A stretch of DNA of 64,000 nucleotides from Escherichia phage vB_EcoM-BECP11. Shown piece by piece: positions 51,212 to 62,546 of the stretch. The first letter of the stretch is position 1, and each line of letters begins with the position of its first letter. The notes below the pieces were generated by a model that was not told the DNA's origin, ran no database searches, and worked only from the letters and a program-made list of their open reading frames with translations. The position numbers and the translations under genes are program-made. Location: sequence record MW286157.1. One strand, 5' to 3'.

Positions 51212-54200
51212 TTATTCAACCCATTCAAATTTAACAGTTTTATTCACTGGGTCAGGAATAATGCGAACATTACCAATTCGTAAGAAATCACGAATAGTAA
51301 GATTACCCATTGTAGCATTATCAGATGGTAAAGCACCGATATCAGACGGTTGAGGAGGGTTACCTCCATCAAATACCTGAACAAAACTTGACCAAGAATT
51401 TTTGGTTTTCTGCCATGTACGTGTCCAGCGAGTGGTACGCGCTTCTGGCGTCGTTGGATAAGTAATCCAATCTTGGTAAAGCGAATCAAGTGTGTTACCA
51501 AACTGAGTCAGTGTACCAGGAGATTTAACTTCTTCGCCACGTTCTAAATATGGAAGACCAGTCACTTCATTAGTTTTTTCAACCATTTTAAAATAACCTG
51601 GGAACTGGTTATAAGTAGCTGAATCGTTAATATCAATTGACCAGAATCCTACAGTATCAGATGTTGGCGCACGTGTATATAAGTCAGATGTTTTAGTACC
51701 TTGAGAACGAATTCTCGAGTTAACAGTCAAACCACCTGAATTTATAGTAGCACCTTTGGCAATGATTAAGCCTTCACCAATCGTTACTTGGCCAGATGCA
51801 TTATTAATAGCTAATGGGCGTAATCCATTAAATCCACCAGTCTGATCACCCGATGCAGTAAGCATAAAATTCGTTACTGATCCATCATTGCGAACAATGA
51901 AACCGTAATTTCCGTTAATAGCACGGAAAGCATTTGCGCTTCGAGAAATAATTTCACCAGTTGCAGTGACTGAATTACCAAATGTTGCTACGCCATTTGC
52001 ATTCAATGTTCCTGAAGCATTAACATTTATCGGTGTTACTGTACCGTTGATATTAAATGTTATATTTCCGGCTTTATTGCGCTGAGAATAAAAATGACTA
52101 GATGTTTCATCACTAACTTCAAATACGGTAGAACGTGTTGTATCTAATTCCCCACTAAATTGATTTCCCCACACTCTAACAGTCATCGTTTGGGCTGGGT
52201 TTGTTCCAGTTTGAGGTCCTTTCTCAAAAATCAATCGAGTTGCTGTTCCAGCATTAGAAATAGTTAATGTACTATTTGCTGAAACTGATCCACCGAACGT
52301 AGCAGTACTAGATGATACAAGAGGGGCACTCAGATTCGTTTGTTGAGTTAAGGTTAGTGAACCATTAACCGTCTGCGCAATATCCCTACGAATGAACTGA
52401 GATGAATCTAGACCATCCAATAAATTACTATCTGCAGCTTTTGCTTTTAATGGCAAATAATTTGCTAATACACGGTTTAATTCATATGGTGATACTGCAT
52501 AGCTATTTTTCTCGTATAGCTCTAAGTCCTGAGTAGAACCGGCTGTATCATTACCAACGAATGTAATTGAACCAGATGAAGTTTTAACAAAGCCTCTTAC
52601 TGCAGTAGTAGCTGCCCAAGTAGGTTCACTCTGCACAATCCATTTTAAATTTTTTGGAGATACAGCAGTATTTGCCGATGTTCCAGCAACAGTTTCGGTT
52701 TGTGTTGCAACTTTAATAACACCTTCTTGTGCTTCAGTAGATTTAGTACCTAAAAGCTTTTTAGGAGTTATTAAAACATTATCTAATTTTCCAGCAGCAG
52801 CTTCAACTTGTGTAGCCACACGAAGTGTACCACGTTGTGTCTCATTTGCTTCAAGAATATTAAGGGTATAATGGTCCCAGAGAGTTCCTGATTCAACTAA
52901 TCCAGATAGAGCAACAACAGAAGTACGATCAGTACTATTAAATCTAGTTTTAATTTTTAATGGTGTAGAGATACGAGTATCGTCGACGCCTGCGTCGAAT
53001 TCAACTTGTGTAGCAATTTCAGCTATACCACTTAAACTTTCAGTTGCTCTACGGTCATTTAAAGTTTTAGGAGTGACTGCACGAGTATAATCAGTTCCTG
53101 TATTAACTTCACTTTGCGTAGCAATTTCAATTAAACCAATTCTTCCATCAGTTGATGTCTTTTTGTGTAACGTTTCTGGCGTTACAACCGCATTTGCCCA
53201 TCCTTCTTGACTTTGACCAGCAATTACTTCACTTTCAACTGCTAAAATTACTGCACCTTGCTGTGTTGGAGTAGCTTTATACTGATCCAAGGCTTTAGGT
53301 GAAACAACTAAGTTATTGGTGTTTTTATTATAAACATTCGTACCATTTAATTCGCGGCTAGAAGCTGGAGTAGCTCCTGCAGTAGATACAAAAGTTACAA
53401 TACCAGATAATGATTCAGAACCTTGGCGAGCTTGAAGCTTTTTAGGAGTGATGATTGTCGTATCATCGGTTCCTGCATTAGTTTCTTGCTGCGTAGCAAT
53501 TTCGGCAACACCTCTGCGAGTTTCAGTAGCTGTTCTTTCATTCAGCTTTTTAGGAGTGATGATAATATCATCAGCAAAAGAGAATGTAGTATCCTGGTTA
53601 ACTTGAGCAGTAGTTGCTATTCTTGCAATACCTCTACGAGTTTCTGTAGCAGTACGATTAGCTAACGTTTCTGGAGTAATTGCCAGTTCTTTTTGTGGAG
53701 AATTTTCTAGATCAGCATTAGCTTGAGCCTGTGTAGCTAAAGCAATTACGCCTAATCTTGCTCTAGTAGAATTATTTAAAGAGTCTACTCTTTCTACAGT
53801 TGGAACATTTTGCTGTACAACCCAATATTTTCCATCGGAATCTTCGATATAAGCAAGCTGTAAAACTGGAACATAATTGGTTTCGCCATTAAAAACTAAT
53901 TCTTGAACAGTCACCCATTTAGTTTCAGGTGGGTATTCTGAACGTTTTGGAAATTGCAGCAATTGAACTGAAGAAGCAATTTTATCTTCACCGGCAGCTT
54001 TGATTTTAACTGTTTGTCCTTTTCTCATATAATTCATGGAAATCTTAACAGTATCACCGATAGAAATATCAGTTGGAAGCTGAAGTTCAATTGTTTGGGT
54101 TGTTCCATTATTCGCGCCAAATACCATGACTTCTTCATTTGGACGAATATTAGAATTAGTCGTTATAATGCGTAAACGTGCTTTACTATCCCCGTCAAAC

Positions 54201-55081
54201 AATCTCCACAATTTCTCATTATCATCAAACATTAAGAAACCATCAATAGATGTACGGCCTTCAATAGAATGAGTTCCAACTTCTTGTACTGAAGTCGTTT
54301 CATCGTATGTAGTAACGATAGTATGATATAACGGATTTAATTTATCTAAATCAACAAAATTAATAATATCCCCATGATTAGCAAATCTAGGAAGTTTAAT
54401 ATTAATTGCTGAAGCAGAAGTAAATCTACGCACGATAAAATCGTTTGATTGCGCTTGATAAAGACTTGCTGGTGTTACAACTGCCGCTTCTCTGCTATAA
54501 TCAGCAACATACATTTGCCACAGACGATTACTAAAAATTAAAACTATCTGTGATTTTGGATGAGTCATTAGTACTGAGCGTACTTGTTGACCTCTAAAGT
54601 TTACAATGCTTTGTACCGGAGCTGTAATTAAAACCTGGTTAACTCCAGGTTTTCCTCCAATATCTTGGAGAACGATAGTATCACCATCAATTGGAGAAGA
54701 TGGCAAAGTAAATGTAATGTCATTACCCGCTGCGGTGTTAACTGAAATCGATTCGCCTGATTTTAATTGATAAGGTCCTGACGAAACAGTTGTCCAGTTT
54801 GCATCAGTGCGTAACGCTCTCCATCGTACGCTATTAAAAGCTCCTGCTGGTTTTGGAATATCATTTATAGCAGCCCAAAAGCGGTTATCATAAATGATTA
54901 CAAAATCTTTTAAATATCCACGAGTTGGATCATATTGTTGAACTGTGTTTTCTTGAATTAAGTAATCAACGTTTACACCGTCAGTTCCTACGGCACGATC
55001 AGCTAAAGCTACGTTGATTATTTTATCACCACCTGCGTCCAGACCATCTTCTGCTCTGAACTTTCTTTTAATCTCGGCCAT
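51212..55081 (-). CDS. 34: long tail fibre proximal subunit gp34
   Basis: 1289 aa (same as T4 gp34); internal tandem repeats of TATETRRG-IA-IATQ type. Confidence 0.9.
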   Translation of the reverse strand: MAEIKRKFRAEDGLDAGGDKIINVALADRAVGTDGVNVDYLIQENTVQQYDPTRGYLKDFVIIYDNRFWAAINDIPKPAGAFNSVRWRALRTDANWTTVSSGPYQLKSGESISVNTAAGNDITFTLPSSPIDGDTIVLQDIGGKPGVNQVLITAPVQSIVNFRGQQVRSVLMTHPKSQIVLIFSNRLWQMYVADYSREAAVVTPASLYQAQSNDFIVRRFTSASAINIKLPRFANHGDIINFVDLDKLNPLYHTIVTTYDETTSVQEVGTHSIEGRTSIDGFLMFDDNEKLWRLFDGDSKARLRIITTNSNIRPNEEVMVFGANNGTTQTIELQLPTDISIGDTVKISMNYMRKGQTVKIKAAGEDKIASSVQLLQFPKRSEYPPETKWVTVQELVFNGETNYVPVLQLAYIEDSDGKYWVVQQNVPTVERVDSLNNSTRARLGVIALATQAQANADLENSPQKELAITPETLANRTATETRRGIARIATTAQVNQDTTFSFADDIIITPKKLNERTATETRRGVAEIATQQETNAGTDDTTIITPKKLQARQGSESLSGIVTFVSTAGATPASSRELNGTNVYNKNTNNLVVSPKALDQYKATPTQQGAVILAVESEVIAGQSQEGWANAVVTPETLHKKTSTDGRIGLIEIATQSEVNTGTDYTRAVTPKTLNDRRATESLSGIAEIATQVEFDAGVDDTRISTPLKIKTRFNSTDRTSVVALSGLVESGTLWDHYTLNILEANETQRGTLRVATQVEAAAGKLDNVLITPKKLLGTKSTEAQEGVIKVATQTETVAGTSANTAVSPKNLKWIVQSEPTWAATTAVRGFVKTSSGSITFVGNDTAGSTQDLELYEKNSYAVSPYELNRVLANYLPLKAKAADSNLLDGLDSSQFIRRDIAQTVNGSLTLTQQTNLSAPLVSSSTATFGGSVSANSTLTISNAGTATRLIFEKGPQTGTNPAQTMTVRVWGNQFSGELDTTRSTVFEVSDETSSHFYSQRNKAGNITFNINGTVTPINVNASGTLNANGVATFGNSVTATGEIISRSANAFRAINGNYGFIVRNDGSVTNFMLTASGDQTGGFNGLRPLAINNASGQVTIGEGLIIAKGATINSGGLTVNSRIRSQGTKTSDLYTRAPTSDTVGFWSIDINDSATYNQFPGYFKMVEKTNEVTGLPYLERGEEVKSPGTLTQFGNTLDSLYQDWITYPTTPEARTTRWTRTWQKTKNSWSSFVQVFDGGNPPQPSDIGALPSDNATMGNLTIRDFLRIGNVRIIPDPVNKTVKFEWVE

Positions 55082-55115
55082 TCTCCCGGGCTCCTATTGT
55101 GTTTTCAATAATAAG

Positions 55116-55123
55116 TATTTATA
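55116..55123 (-). promoter_or_regulatory. late promoter TATAAATA (minus strand) for gene 34
   Basis: plus-strand tatttata about 35 nt upstream of gene 34 start codon. Confidence 0.6.
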
Positions 55124-55126
55124 CTT

Positions 55127-55156
55127 GTTTACTTTAAGATTTGGATGGTATATAAT
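55127..55156 (+). promoter_or_regulatory. early promoter (-35 GTTTAC, -10 TATAAT)
   Basis: gtttac 55127-55132, tataat 55151-55156, upstream of rnh; divergent from gene 34 late promoter. Confidence 0.6.
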
Positions 55157-55185
55157 AGAAATCTCACTAATTGAACGAGGTTCAT

Positions 55186-56103
55186 ATGGATTTAGAAATG
55201 ATGCTGGATGAAGATTACAAAGAAGGAATTTGCTTTATTGACTTTAGTCAAATTGCGCTTTCAACTGCTTTGGTAAACTTTCCAGATAAAGAAAAAATTA
55301 ATTTATCAATGGTTCGTCATTTGATATTGAACTCAATTAAGTTTAATGTCAAAAAAGCAAAAACTCTTGGATACACTAAAATTGTACTGTGTATTGATAA
55401 TGCGAAATCTGGATATTGGCGTCGTGATTTCGCGTATTATTATAAGAAAAACCGTGGAAAAGCACGAGAAGAATCTACTTGGGACTGGGAAGGTTATTTT
55501 GAATCCAGTCATAAAGTTATAGATGAATTGAAAGCTTATATGCCATACATTGTTATGGATATCGATAAGTATGAAGCAGATGACCACATTGCTGTTCTTG
55601 TTAAAAAGTTCTCTTTAGAAGGACACAAGATTTTAATCATTTCATCTGATGGTGACTTTACGCAGCTTCACAAATATCCAAATGTTAAGCAATGGTCACC
55701 GATGCATAAGAAATGGGTTAAAATTAAAAGCGGTTCTGCTGAAATTGACTGTATGACTAAAATCCTTAAAGGTGACAAAAAGGATAACGTTGCTTCAGTT
55801 AAAGTACGATCTGACTTTTGGTTTACCAAAGTTGAAGGTGAACGAACTCCTTCAATGAAAACTTCAATCGTTGAAGCTATTGCTAATGACCGTGAACAAG
55901 CTAAGGTGCTTCTCACAGAATCTGAATATAATCGTTATAAAGAAAATTTAGTTCTAATTGATTTTGATTATATTCCTGATAATATTGCTTCAAACATTGT
56001 GAATTACTATAATTCATATAAATTACCACCGCGTGGCAAAATTTATTCTTATTTTGTAAAATCTGGTCTTTCTAAATTAACTAACAGCATTAATGAATTT
56101 TGA
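55186..56103 (+). CDS. rnh: RNase H (5'-3' exonuclease / flap endonuclease)
   Basis: 305 aa from ATG 55186; MDLEMMLDEDYKEGICFIDFSQIA as recalled for T4 RNase H. Confidence 0.85.
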   Translation: MDLEMMLDEDYKEGICFIDFSQIALSTALVNFPDKEKINLSMVRHLILNSIKFNVKKAKTLGYTKIVLCIDNAKSGYWRRDFAYYYKKNRGKAREESTWDWEGYFESSHKVIDELKAYMPYIVMDIDKYEADDHIAVLVKKFSLEGHKILIISSDGDFTQLHKYPNVKQWSPMHKKWVKIKSGSAEIDCMTKILKGDKKDNVASVKVRSDFWFTKVEGERTPSMKTSIVEAIANDREQAKVLLTESEYNRYKENLVLIDFDYIPDNIASNIVNYYNSYKLPPRGKIYSYFVKSGLSKLTNSINEF

Positions 56104-56111
56104 GGTGAATA

Positions 56112-56381
56112 ATGGCTAAAAAAGAAATGGTTGAATTTGATGAAGCTATCCATGGCGAAGACTTGGCTAAATTTATTAAAGAAGCATCTGATCATAAACT
56201 GAAAATTTCCGGTTATAATGAACTGATTAAAGATATTCGAATTCGTGCCAAAGATGAACTTGGCGTTGATGGTAAGATGTTTAATCGTCTATTAGCTTTG
56301 TATCATAAAGATAACCGTGATGTGTTTGAAGCTGAAACTGAAGAGGTAGTTGAACTTTATGACACAGTTTTCTCTAAATGA
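56112..56381 (+). CDS. dsbA: double-stranded DNA binding protein DsbA
   Basis: 89 aa between rnh and 33. Confidence 0.7.
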   Translation: MAKKEMVEFDEAIHGEDLAKFIKEASDHKLKISGYNELIKDIRIRAKDELGVDGKMFNRLLALYHKDNRDVFEAETEEVVELYDTVFSK

Positions 56382-56697
56382 TATTCGTCCGGTCGATGAG
56401 ACCGGTCTTTCAGAAAAAGAACTTTCAATTAAGAAAGAAAAGGATGAAATTGCAAAGCTTCTTGACCGCCAAGAAAATGGATTTATTATTGAAAAAATGG
56501 TAGAAGAGTTTGGAATGAGTTATCTTGAAGCTACGACAGCATTCTTAGAAGAAAATTCTATTCCTGAAACTCAATTTGCTAAATTTATTCCTTCGGGTAT
56601 AATTGAAAAAATTCAGTCAGAAGCTATTGACGAAAATCTTTTACGTCCTTCTGTTGTTCGTTGTGAAAAAACTAATACATTAGATTTTCTACTATGA
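56359..56697 (+). CDS. 33: late transcription co-activator gp33
   Basis: 112 aa from ATG 56359; MTQFSLNDIRPVDETGLSEKEL. Confidence 0.75.
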   Translation: MTQFSLNDIRPVDETGLSEKELSIKKEKDEIAKLLDRQENGFIIEKMVEEFGMSYLEATTAFLEENSIPETQFAKFIPSGIIEKIQSEAIDENLLRPSVVRCEKTNTLDFLL

Positions 56698-57347
56698 TTA
56701 AACTCCGCATGCCTGCTGGTGGTGAAAGATACATTGATGGTAAATCAGTTTATAAATTATACTTAATGATAAAACAGCATATGAATGGAAAGTATGATGT
56801 TATTAAGTATAATTGGTGCATGCGGGTGTCTGATGCCGCTTATCAAAAGCGAAGGGATAAGTATTTTTTTCAGAAGTTATCAGAAAAATATAAATTAAAG
56901 GAACTTGCTTTAATCTTTATAAGTAATTTGGTTGCTAACCAAGATGCTTGGATTGGTGACATCTCTGACGCTGATGCACTTGTGTTTTATCGTGAATATA
57001 TCGGACGCTTAAAGCAAATTAAATTTAAGTTTGAAGAAGATATTCGCAACATTTATTATTTTAGTAAAAAAGTTGAAGTTTCTGCTTTTAAAGAAATTTT
57101 TGAATATAATCCAAAAGTTCAATCAAGTTATATTTTTAAACTTCTGCAATCGAACATAATTTCGTTTGAGACGTTTATCTTGCTTGATTCATTTTTAAAT
57201 ATAATTGATAAACATGATGAACAAACCGATAATTTAGTTTGGAACAATTATTCTATAAAGTTAAAAGCTTATAGAAAAATTTTAAATATCGATTCACAGG
57301 AAGCTAAAAAAGTTTTTATTGAAACTGTGAAATCTTGTAAGTATTAA
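56694..57347 (+). CDS. 59: helicase loader gp59
   Basis: 217 aa, ATGA coupling to gene 33, immediately upstream of gene 32. Confidence 0.85.
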   Translation: MIKLRMPAGGERYIDGKSVYKLYLMIKQHMNGKYDVIKYNWCMRVSDAAYQKRRDKYFFQKLSEKYKLKELALIFISNLVANQDAWIGDISDADALVFYREYIGRLKQIKFKFEEDIRNIYYFSKKVEVSAFKEIFEYNPKVQSSYIFKLLQSNIISFETFILLDSFLNIIDKHDEQTDNLVWNNYSIKLKAYRKILNIDSQEAKKVFIETVKSCKY

Positions 57348-57446
57348 TTGCTTATTATAAATAAATTATAATTATCTCACTGACCAGCTATGAGGTCATA
57401 CATCGTCATAGCACCAACTGTTAATTAAATTAAAAAGGAAATAAAA

Positions 57447-58355
57447 ATGTTTAAACGTAAATCTACTGCTGAACTCGCTGCACAAATGGCTAAACTGGCT
57501 GGAAATAAAGGTGGTTTTTCTTCTGAAGATAAAGGCGAGTGGAAACTGAAACTCGACAATGCGGGTAACGGTCAAGCAGTAATTCGTTTTCTTCCGTCTA
57601 AAAATGATGAACAAGCACCATTCGCAATTCTTGTAAATCACGGTTTCAAGAAAAATGGTAAATGGTATATTGAAAACTGTTCATCTACCCACGGTGATTA
57701 CGATTCTTGCCCAGTATGTCAGTACATCAGTAAAAATGATCTGTACAACACTGACAATAAAGAGTACGGTCTTGTTAAACGTAAAACTTCTTACTGGGCT
57801 AACATTCTTGTAGTAAAAGACCCAGCTGCTCCAGAAAATGAAGGTAAAGTATTTAAATACCGTTTCGGTAAGAAAATCTGGGATAAAATCAATGCAATGA
57901 TTGCAGTTGATGTTGAAATGGGTGAAACTCCGGTTGATGTAACTTGTCCGTGGGAAGGTGCTAACTTTGTACTGAAAGTTAAACAAGTTTCTGGTTTTAG
58001 TAACTACGACGAATCTAAATTCCTGAATCAATCTGCGATTCCAAACATTGATGATGAATCTTTCCAGAAAGAACTGTTTGAACAAATGGTTGACCTTTCT
58101 GAAATGACTTCTAAAGATAAATTCAAATCGTTTGAAGAACTGAGCACTAAGTTCAGTCAAGTTATGGGAACTGCTGCTATGGGTGGTGCCGCAGCGACTG
58201 CCGCTAAGAAAGCTGATAAAGTTGCTGATGATTTGGATGCATTCAATGTTGATGACTTCAATACAAAAACTGAAGATGATTTTATGAGCTCAAGCTCTGG
58301 CAGTTCATCTAGTGCTGATGACACAGACCTGGATGACCTTTTGAATGACCTTTAA
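57447..58355 (+). CDS. 32: single-stranded DNA binding protein gp32
   Basis: 302 aa; zinc-binding region, acidic Ser-rich C-terminus; matches recalled T4 gp32. Confidence 0.95.
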   Translation: MFKRKSTAELAAQMAKLAGNKGGFSSEDKGEWKLKLDNAGNGQAVIRFLPSKNDEQAPFAILVNHGFKKNGKWYIENCSSTHGDYDSCPVCQYISKNDLYNTDNKEYGLVKRKTSYWANILVVKDPAAPENEGKVFKYRFGKKIWDKINAMIAVDVEMGETPVDVTCPWEGANFVLKVKQVSGFSNYDESKFLNQSAIPNIDDESFQKELFEQMVDLSEMTSKDKFKSFEELSTKFSQVMGTAAMGGAAATAAKKADKVADDLDAFNVDDFNTKTEDDFMSSSSGSSSSADDTDLDDLLNDL

Positions 58356-58377
58356 TAGATTATATTACTAATTAATT

Positions 58378-58402
58378 GGGGACCCTAGAGGTCCCCTTTT
58401 TT
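58378..58402 (+). terminator. rho-independent terminator ggggacc...ggtcccc plus T6
   Basis: hairpin then ttttttatt after gene 32. Confidence 0.75.
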
Positions 58403-58426
58403 ATTTCAAAAATTTTTCATAAAACG

Positions 58427-58456
58427 GTTTACATCCTTGTCCTTCCATGGTACTAT
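58427..58456 (+). promoter_or_regulatory. early promoter (-35 GTTTAC, -10 TACTAT)
   Basis: gtttac 58427-58432, tactat 58451-58456. Confidence 0.6.
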
Positions 58457-58499
58457 ACAACTATCGGCAATACTGCTGATAATTAAAGAGGAAAATAAT

Positions 58500-58730
58500 A
58501 TGGCTAAAGTTGATATTGACATCGTTGATTTTGAATATATTGAAGAAATTATTCGTAATCGTTATCCTGAACTTAGTATCACAAGTATTCACGATGATCC
58601 CAATTATTGCAATTTTTCTATTGTCATTGAAGGTCCTCTTGAAGACCTCACCCGCTTTATGGCTAATGAATATTGTGATGGTATGGATTCTGAAGACGCA
58701 GAATTTTACATGGGATTGATTGAACAATAA
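58500..58730 (+). CDS. hypothetical acidic protein, 76 aa
   Basis: ATG 58500 after SD aagaggaaaat. Confidence 0.45.
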   Translation: MAKVDIDIVDFEYIEEIIRNRYPELSITSIHDDPNYCNFSIVIEGPLEDLTRFMANEYCDGMDSEDAEFYMGLIEQ

Positions 58731-58775
58731 TTATCAAGGGGCTATTACAAGCCCCGTTAAAATGAGGAAAACGTA

Positions 58776-59141
58776 ATGTATATTGGCAAAAAGTATGAGC
58801 TTGTTCCAAGACTTATTGATACATTTATTAATTATCGCCCACGTTCTAATTCATCAATAGTTAAAATTATTCAAGAAAATGGTGGATGGTTTGAAGTTAA
58901 AGAAGCTTTCTTTGTTGATGGATTTAGAGTAATAAAACACATTGAATGCGCAAATGGAAAGCATTTTTACTTTAACGTTTGTGAAGACGAATTTCATTGT
59001 TTCCGCGAATATAAAGAACCTACTTCTGAAGAGGATGAAGTTAAAGACAAGGTTTCTGGCGTAACAAAAATTCACTGCATTGTTGACGAAAATAATGTAG
59101 ATGAAATCATTGAACTTTTGCGAAAAACTTTCAAAAAGTAG
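58776..59141 (+). CDS. hypothetical protein, 121 aa
   Basis: SD gaggaaaacg then ATG. Confidence 0.5.
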   Translation: MYIGKKYELVPRLIDTFINYRPRSNSSIVKIIQENGGWFEVKEAFFVDGFRVIKHIECANGKHFYFNVCEDEFHCFREYKEPTSEEDEVKDKVSGVTKIHCIVDENNVDEIIELLRKTFKK

Positions 59142-59170
59142 TTTACAACAGGGTAGTAGTGTGATACTAT
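59141..59170 (+). promoter_or_regulatory. early promoter (-35 GTTTAC, -10 TACTAT)
   Basis: gtttac 59141-59146, tactat 59165-59170. Confidence 0.6.
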
Positions 59171-59200
59171 TACCCTATCAAAACTAATGGAGAAAAGAAA

Positions 59201-59269
59201 ATGTTCGCACCTTATATTATGGCAGCAGTTATGTTGGTCTGTTTATATCTTTTGATTAAAGCTTGCTAA
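59201..59269 (+). CDS. 22 aa hydrophobic micro-peptide
   Basis: SD ggagaaaag then ATG 59201, own promoter; may be leader peptide or non-coding. Confidence 0.25.
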   Translation: MFAPYIMAAVMLVCLYLLIKAC

Positions 59270-59279
59270 GGAGAATAAA

Positions 59280-59522
59280 ATGAGATTACAACGCCAGAGC
59301 ATCAAAGATTCAGAAGTTAAAGGTAAATGGTATTTTAATATCATCGGTAAAGATTCTGGGCTTGTTGAAAAAGCTGAACATCTTTTACGCGATATGGGGT
59401 GGGAAGATGAATGTGATGGATGTCCTCTTTATGAAGACGGAGAAAGCGCAGGATTCTGGATTTATCATTCTGATGTTGATCAGTTTAAAGCTGATTGGAA
59501 AATTGTGAAAAAGTCTGTTTGA
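59280..59522 (+). CDS. hypothetical protein, 80 aa
   Basis: SD aaggagaat then ATG. Confidence 0.45.
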   Translation: MRLQRQSIKDSEVKGKWYFNIIGKDSGLVEKAEHLLRDMGWEDECDGCPLYEDGESAGFWIYHSDVDQFKADWKIVKKSV

Positions 59523-59532
59523 GGAAAATAAT

Positions 59533-59865
59533 ATGTCTGACATTCATGTAACTGGAATTGCTCAAGTAAACATCCGCTGCCAATTTAAAACTGTACCTGG
59601 GGTGACTCATATTACTTTATCACACGACCCATATTCTCGTGGAAGACAGTTAACTGGTGTAATTAAGTTTTTCGGTGGAATTGGTGGTAATGAATTTACT
59701 ATAGGCGATGAAGAAATTGTTGGATGTAAATTAAAAGTTCAGAAGGGCGTGTTAGAACTTTTTAGTGATGAAGTTTTTGATGAAATCTCACGAGCAGTTA
59801 ACAAAGGAATGTTAACGTTAATTAAAATGATTAAAGCTAGCGGATATGTTCCTGATCCTTTTTAA
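59533..59865 (+). CDS. hypothetical protein, 110 aa
   Basis: SD gaggaaaat then ATG. Confidence 0.45.
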   Translation: MSDIHVTGIAQVNIRCQFKTVPGVTHITLSHDPYSRGRQLTGVIKFFGGIGGNEFTIGDEEIVGCKLKVQKGVLELFSDEVFDEISRAVNKGMLTLIKMIKASGYVPDPF

Positions 59866-59876
59866 TAGGAGATAAT

Positions 59877-61073
<1,197 letters not shown>

Positions 61074-61118
61074 TTATTTAGCTTCATAAAATGTATTATA
61101 ATTTATATAAGGTACTAA

Positions 61119-61979
61119 ATGAAACAATACCAAGATTTAATTAAAGACATTTTTGAAAATGGCTATGAAACCGATGATCGCACAGGCACAGGAACAATTG
61201 CTCTGTTCGGTACTAAATTGCGTTGGGATTTAACTAAAGGCTTTCCTGCAGTAACAACTAAAAAGCTCGCCTGGAATGCATGCATTGCTGAGCTAATATG
61301 GTTTTTATCAGGAAGCACAAATGTCAATGATTTGCGATTAATTCAACATGATTCATTAATTCAAGGCAAAACAGTCTGGGATGAAAATTACGAAAATCAA
61401 GCAAAAGATTTAGGATACCATAGCGGTGAACTTGGTCCAATTTATGGAAAACAGTGGCGTGATTTTGGCGGTGTAGATCAAATTATAGAAGTTATTGATC
61501 GTATTAAAAAACTGCCAAATGATAGGCGTCAAATTGTTTCTGCGTGGAATCCAGCTGAACTTAAATATATGGCATTACCGCCTTGTCATATGTTCTATCA
61601 GTTTAATGTGCGTAATGGATACCTTGACCTTCAGTGGTATCAACGTTCGGTAGATGTTTTCCTCGGTCTTCCATTTAATATTGCATCATATGCTACGTTA
61701 GTTCATATTGTAGCTAAAATGTGTAATCTTATTCCTGGAGATTTGATATTTTCTGGTGGTAATACTCATATCTATATGAATCACGTAGAACAATGTAAAG
61801 AAATTTTACGCCGTGAACCTATGGATTTATGCGAATTACAATTAAAATTTCCAGATGAATTTGATGAATGGGACACAGAATCGCAGGTATTTTGGTTGAG
61901 TCAATTTGCAAAGCCTCATAATTTTGTTCTTAACAACTATGTATCTCATCCGTCAATTAAAGGAAAGATGGCGGTATAA
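61119..61979 (+). CDS. td: thymidylate synthase, uninterrupted
   Basis: 286 aa continuous ORF with LPPCHMFYQF active-site region. Confidence 0.9.
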   Translation: MKQYQDLIKDIFENGYETDDRTGTGTIALFGTKLRWDLTKGFPAVTTKKLAWNACIAELIWFLSGSTNVNDLRLIQHDSLIQGKTVWDENYENQAKDLGYHSGELGPIYGKQWRDFGGVDQIIEVIDRIKKLPNDRRQIVSAWNPAELKYMALPPCHMFYQFNVRNGYLDLQWYQRSVDVFLGLPFNIASYATLVHIVAKMCNLIPGDLIFSGGNTHIYMNHVEQCKEILRREPMDLCELQLKFPDEFDEWDTESQVFWLSQFAKPHNFVLNNYVSHPSIKGKMAV

Positions 61980-62002
61980 TTTTAATTTAATTGAGAGGAT
62001 AT

Positions 62003-62266
62003 ATGATTTTACGATTTAAAGATACTTCTGGTGTAGTTCTTTTTACACTTCCTAATCCAAGTGAGTTAGAAGTTCCAGGACCAAATCAGCCTATTATCAT
62101 TTATGGCAAAAAATATTATACTCATAAAATGACTCGTGAGTATTTTGATAATAAAATTTCCACAGTTAAAACTTCTTCTGACTGTTACTACGATATTACT
62201 GTTTTAACGGAAGAACAATATGAACACCTACAACCGCGCAGGCCGTATATGCCGAGTAGTGAATAA
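62003..62266 (+). CDS. hypothetical protein, 87 aa
   Basis: ATG 62003 after SD gagagga. Confidence 0.4.
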   Translation: MILRFKDTSGVVLFTLPNPSELEVPGPNQPIIIYGKKYYTHKMTREYFDNKISTVKTSSDCYYDITVLTEEQYEHLQPRRPYMPSSE

Positions 62267-62546
62267 ATATAAATCCGACTTTGATGTTAATATTCACCGT
62301 GGTACATTTTGGGGAAATTACGTCGGTAAAGATGCTGGCAGCCGGGAGGCTGCCATTGAATTATTCAAAAAAGATTTTATACGTCGAATTAAATCCGGAG
62401 AAATAACTAAAGCACATTTAGAGCCTTTACGTGGAATGAGGCTAGGATGCACATGTAAACCAAAGCCGTGTCATGGTGATATAATAGCTCATATAGTTAA
62501 CCGATTGTTTAAAGACGATTTTCAAGTTGAGGACTTATGCAATTAA
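62220..62546 (+). CDS. hypothetical protein, 108 aa
   Basis: ATG 62220; stop overlaps nrdA start; [11 protein letters not shown] motif. Confidence 0.45.
   Translation: MNTYNRAGRICRVVNKYKSDFDVNIHRGTFWGNYVGKDAGSREAAIELFKKDFIRRIKSGEITKAHLEPLRGMRLGCTCKPKPCHGDIIAHIVNRLFKDDFQVEDLCN

Noticed and set aside
58736-58757. Hairpin aaggggc...gcccc after ORF 58500-58730 as a terminator
   Set aside because: Imperfect stem with 8 nt loop and no U-tract; more likely read-through.
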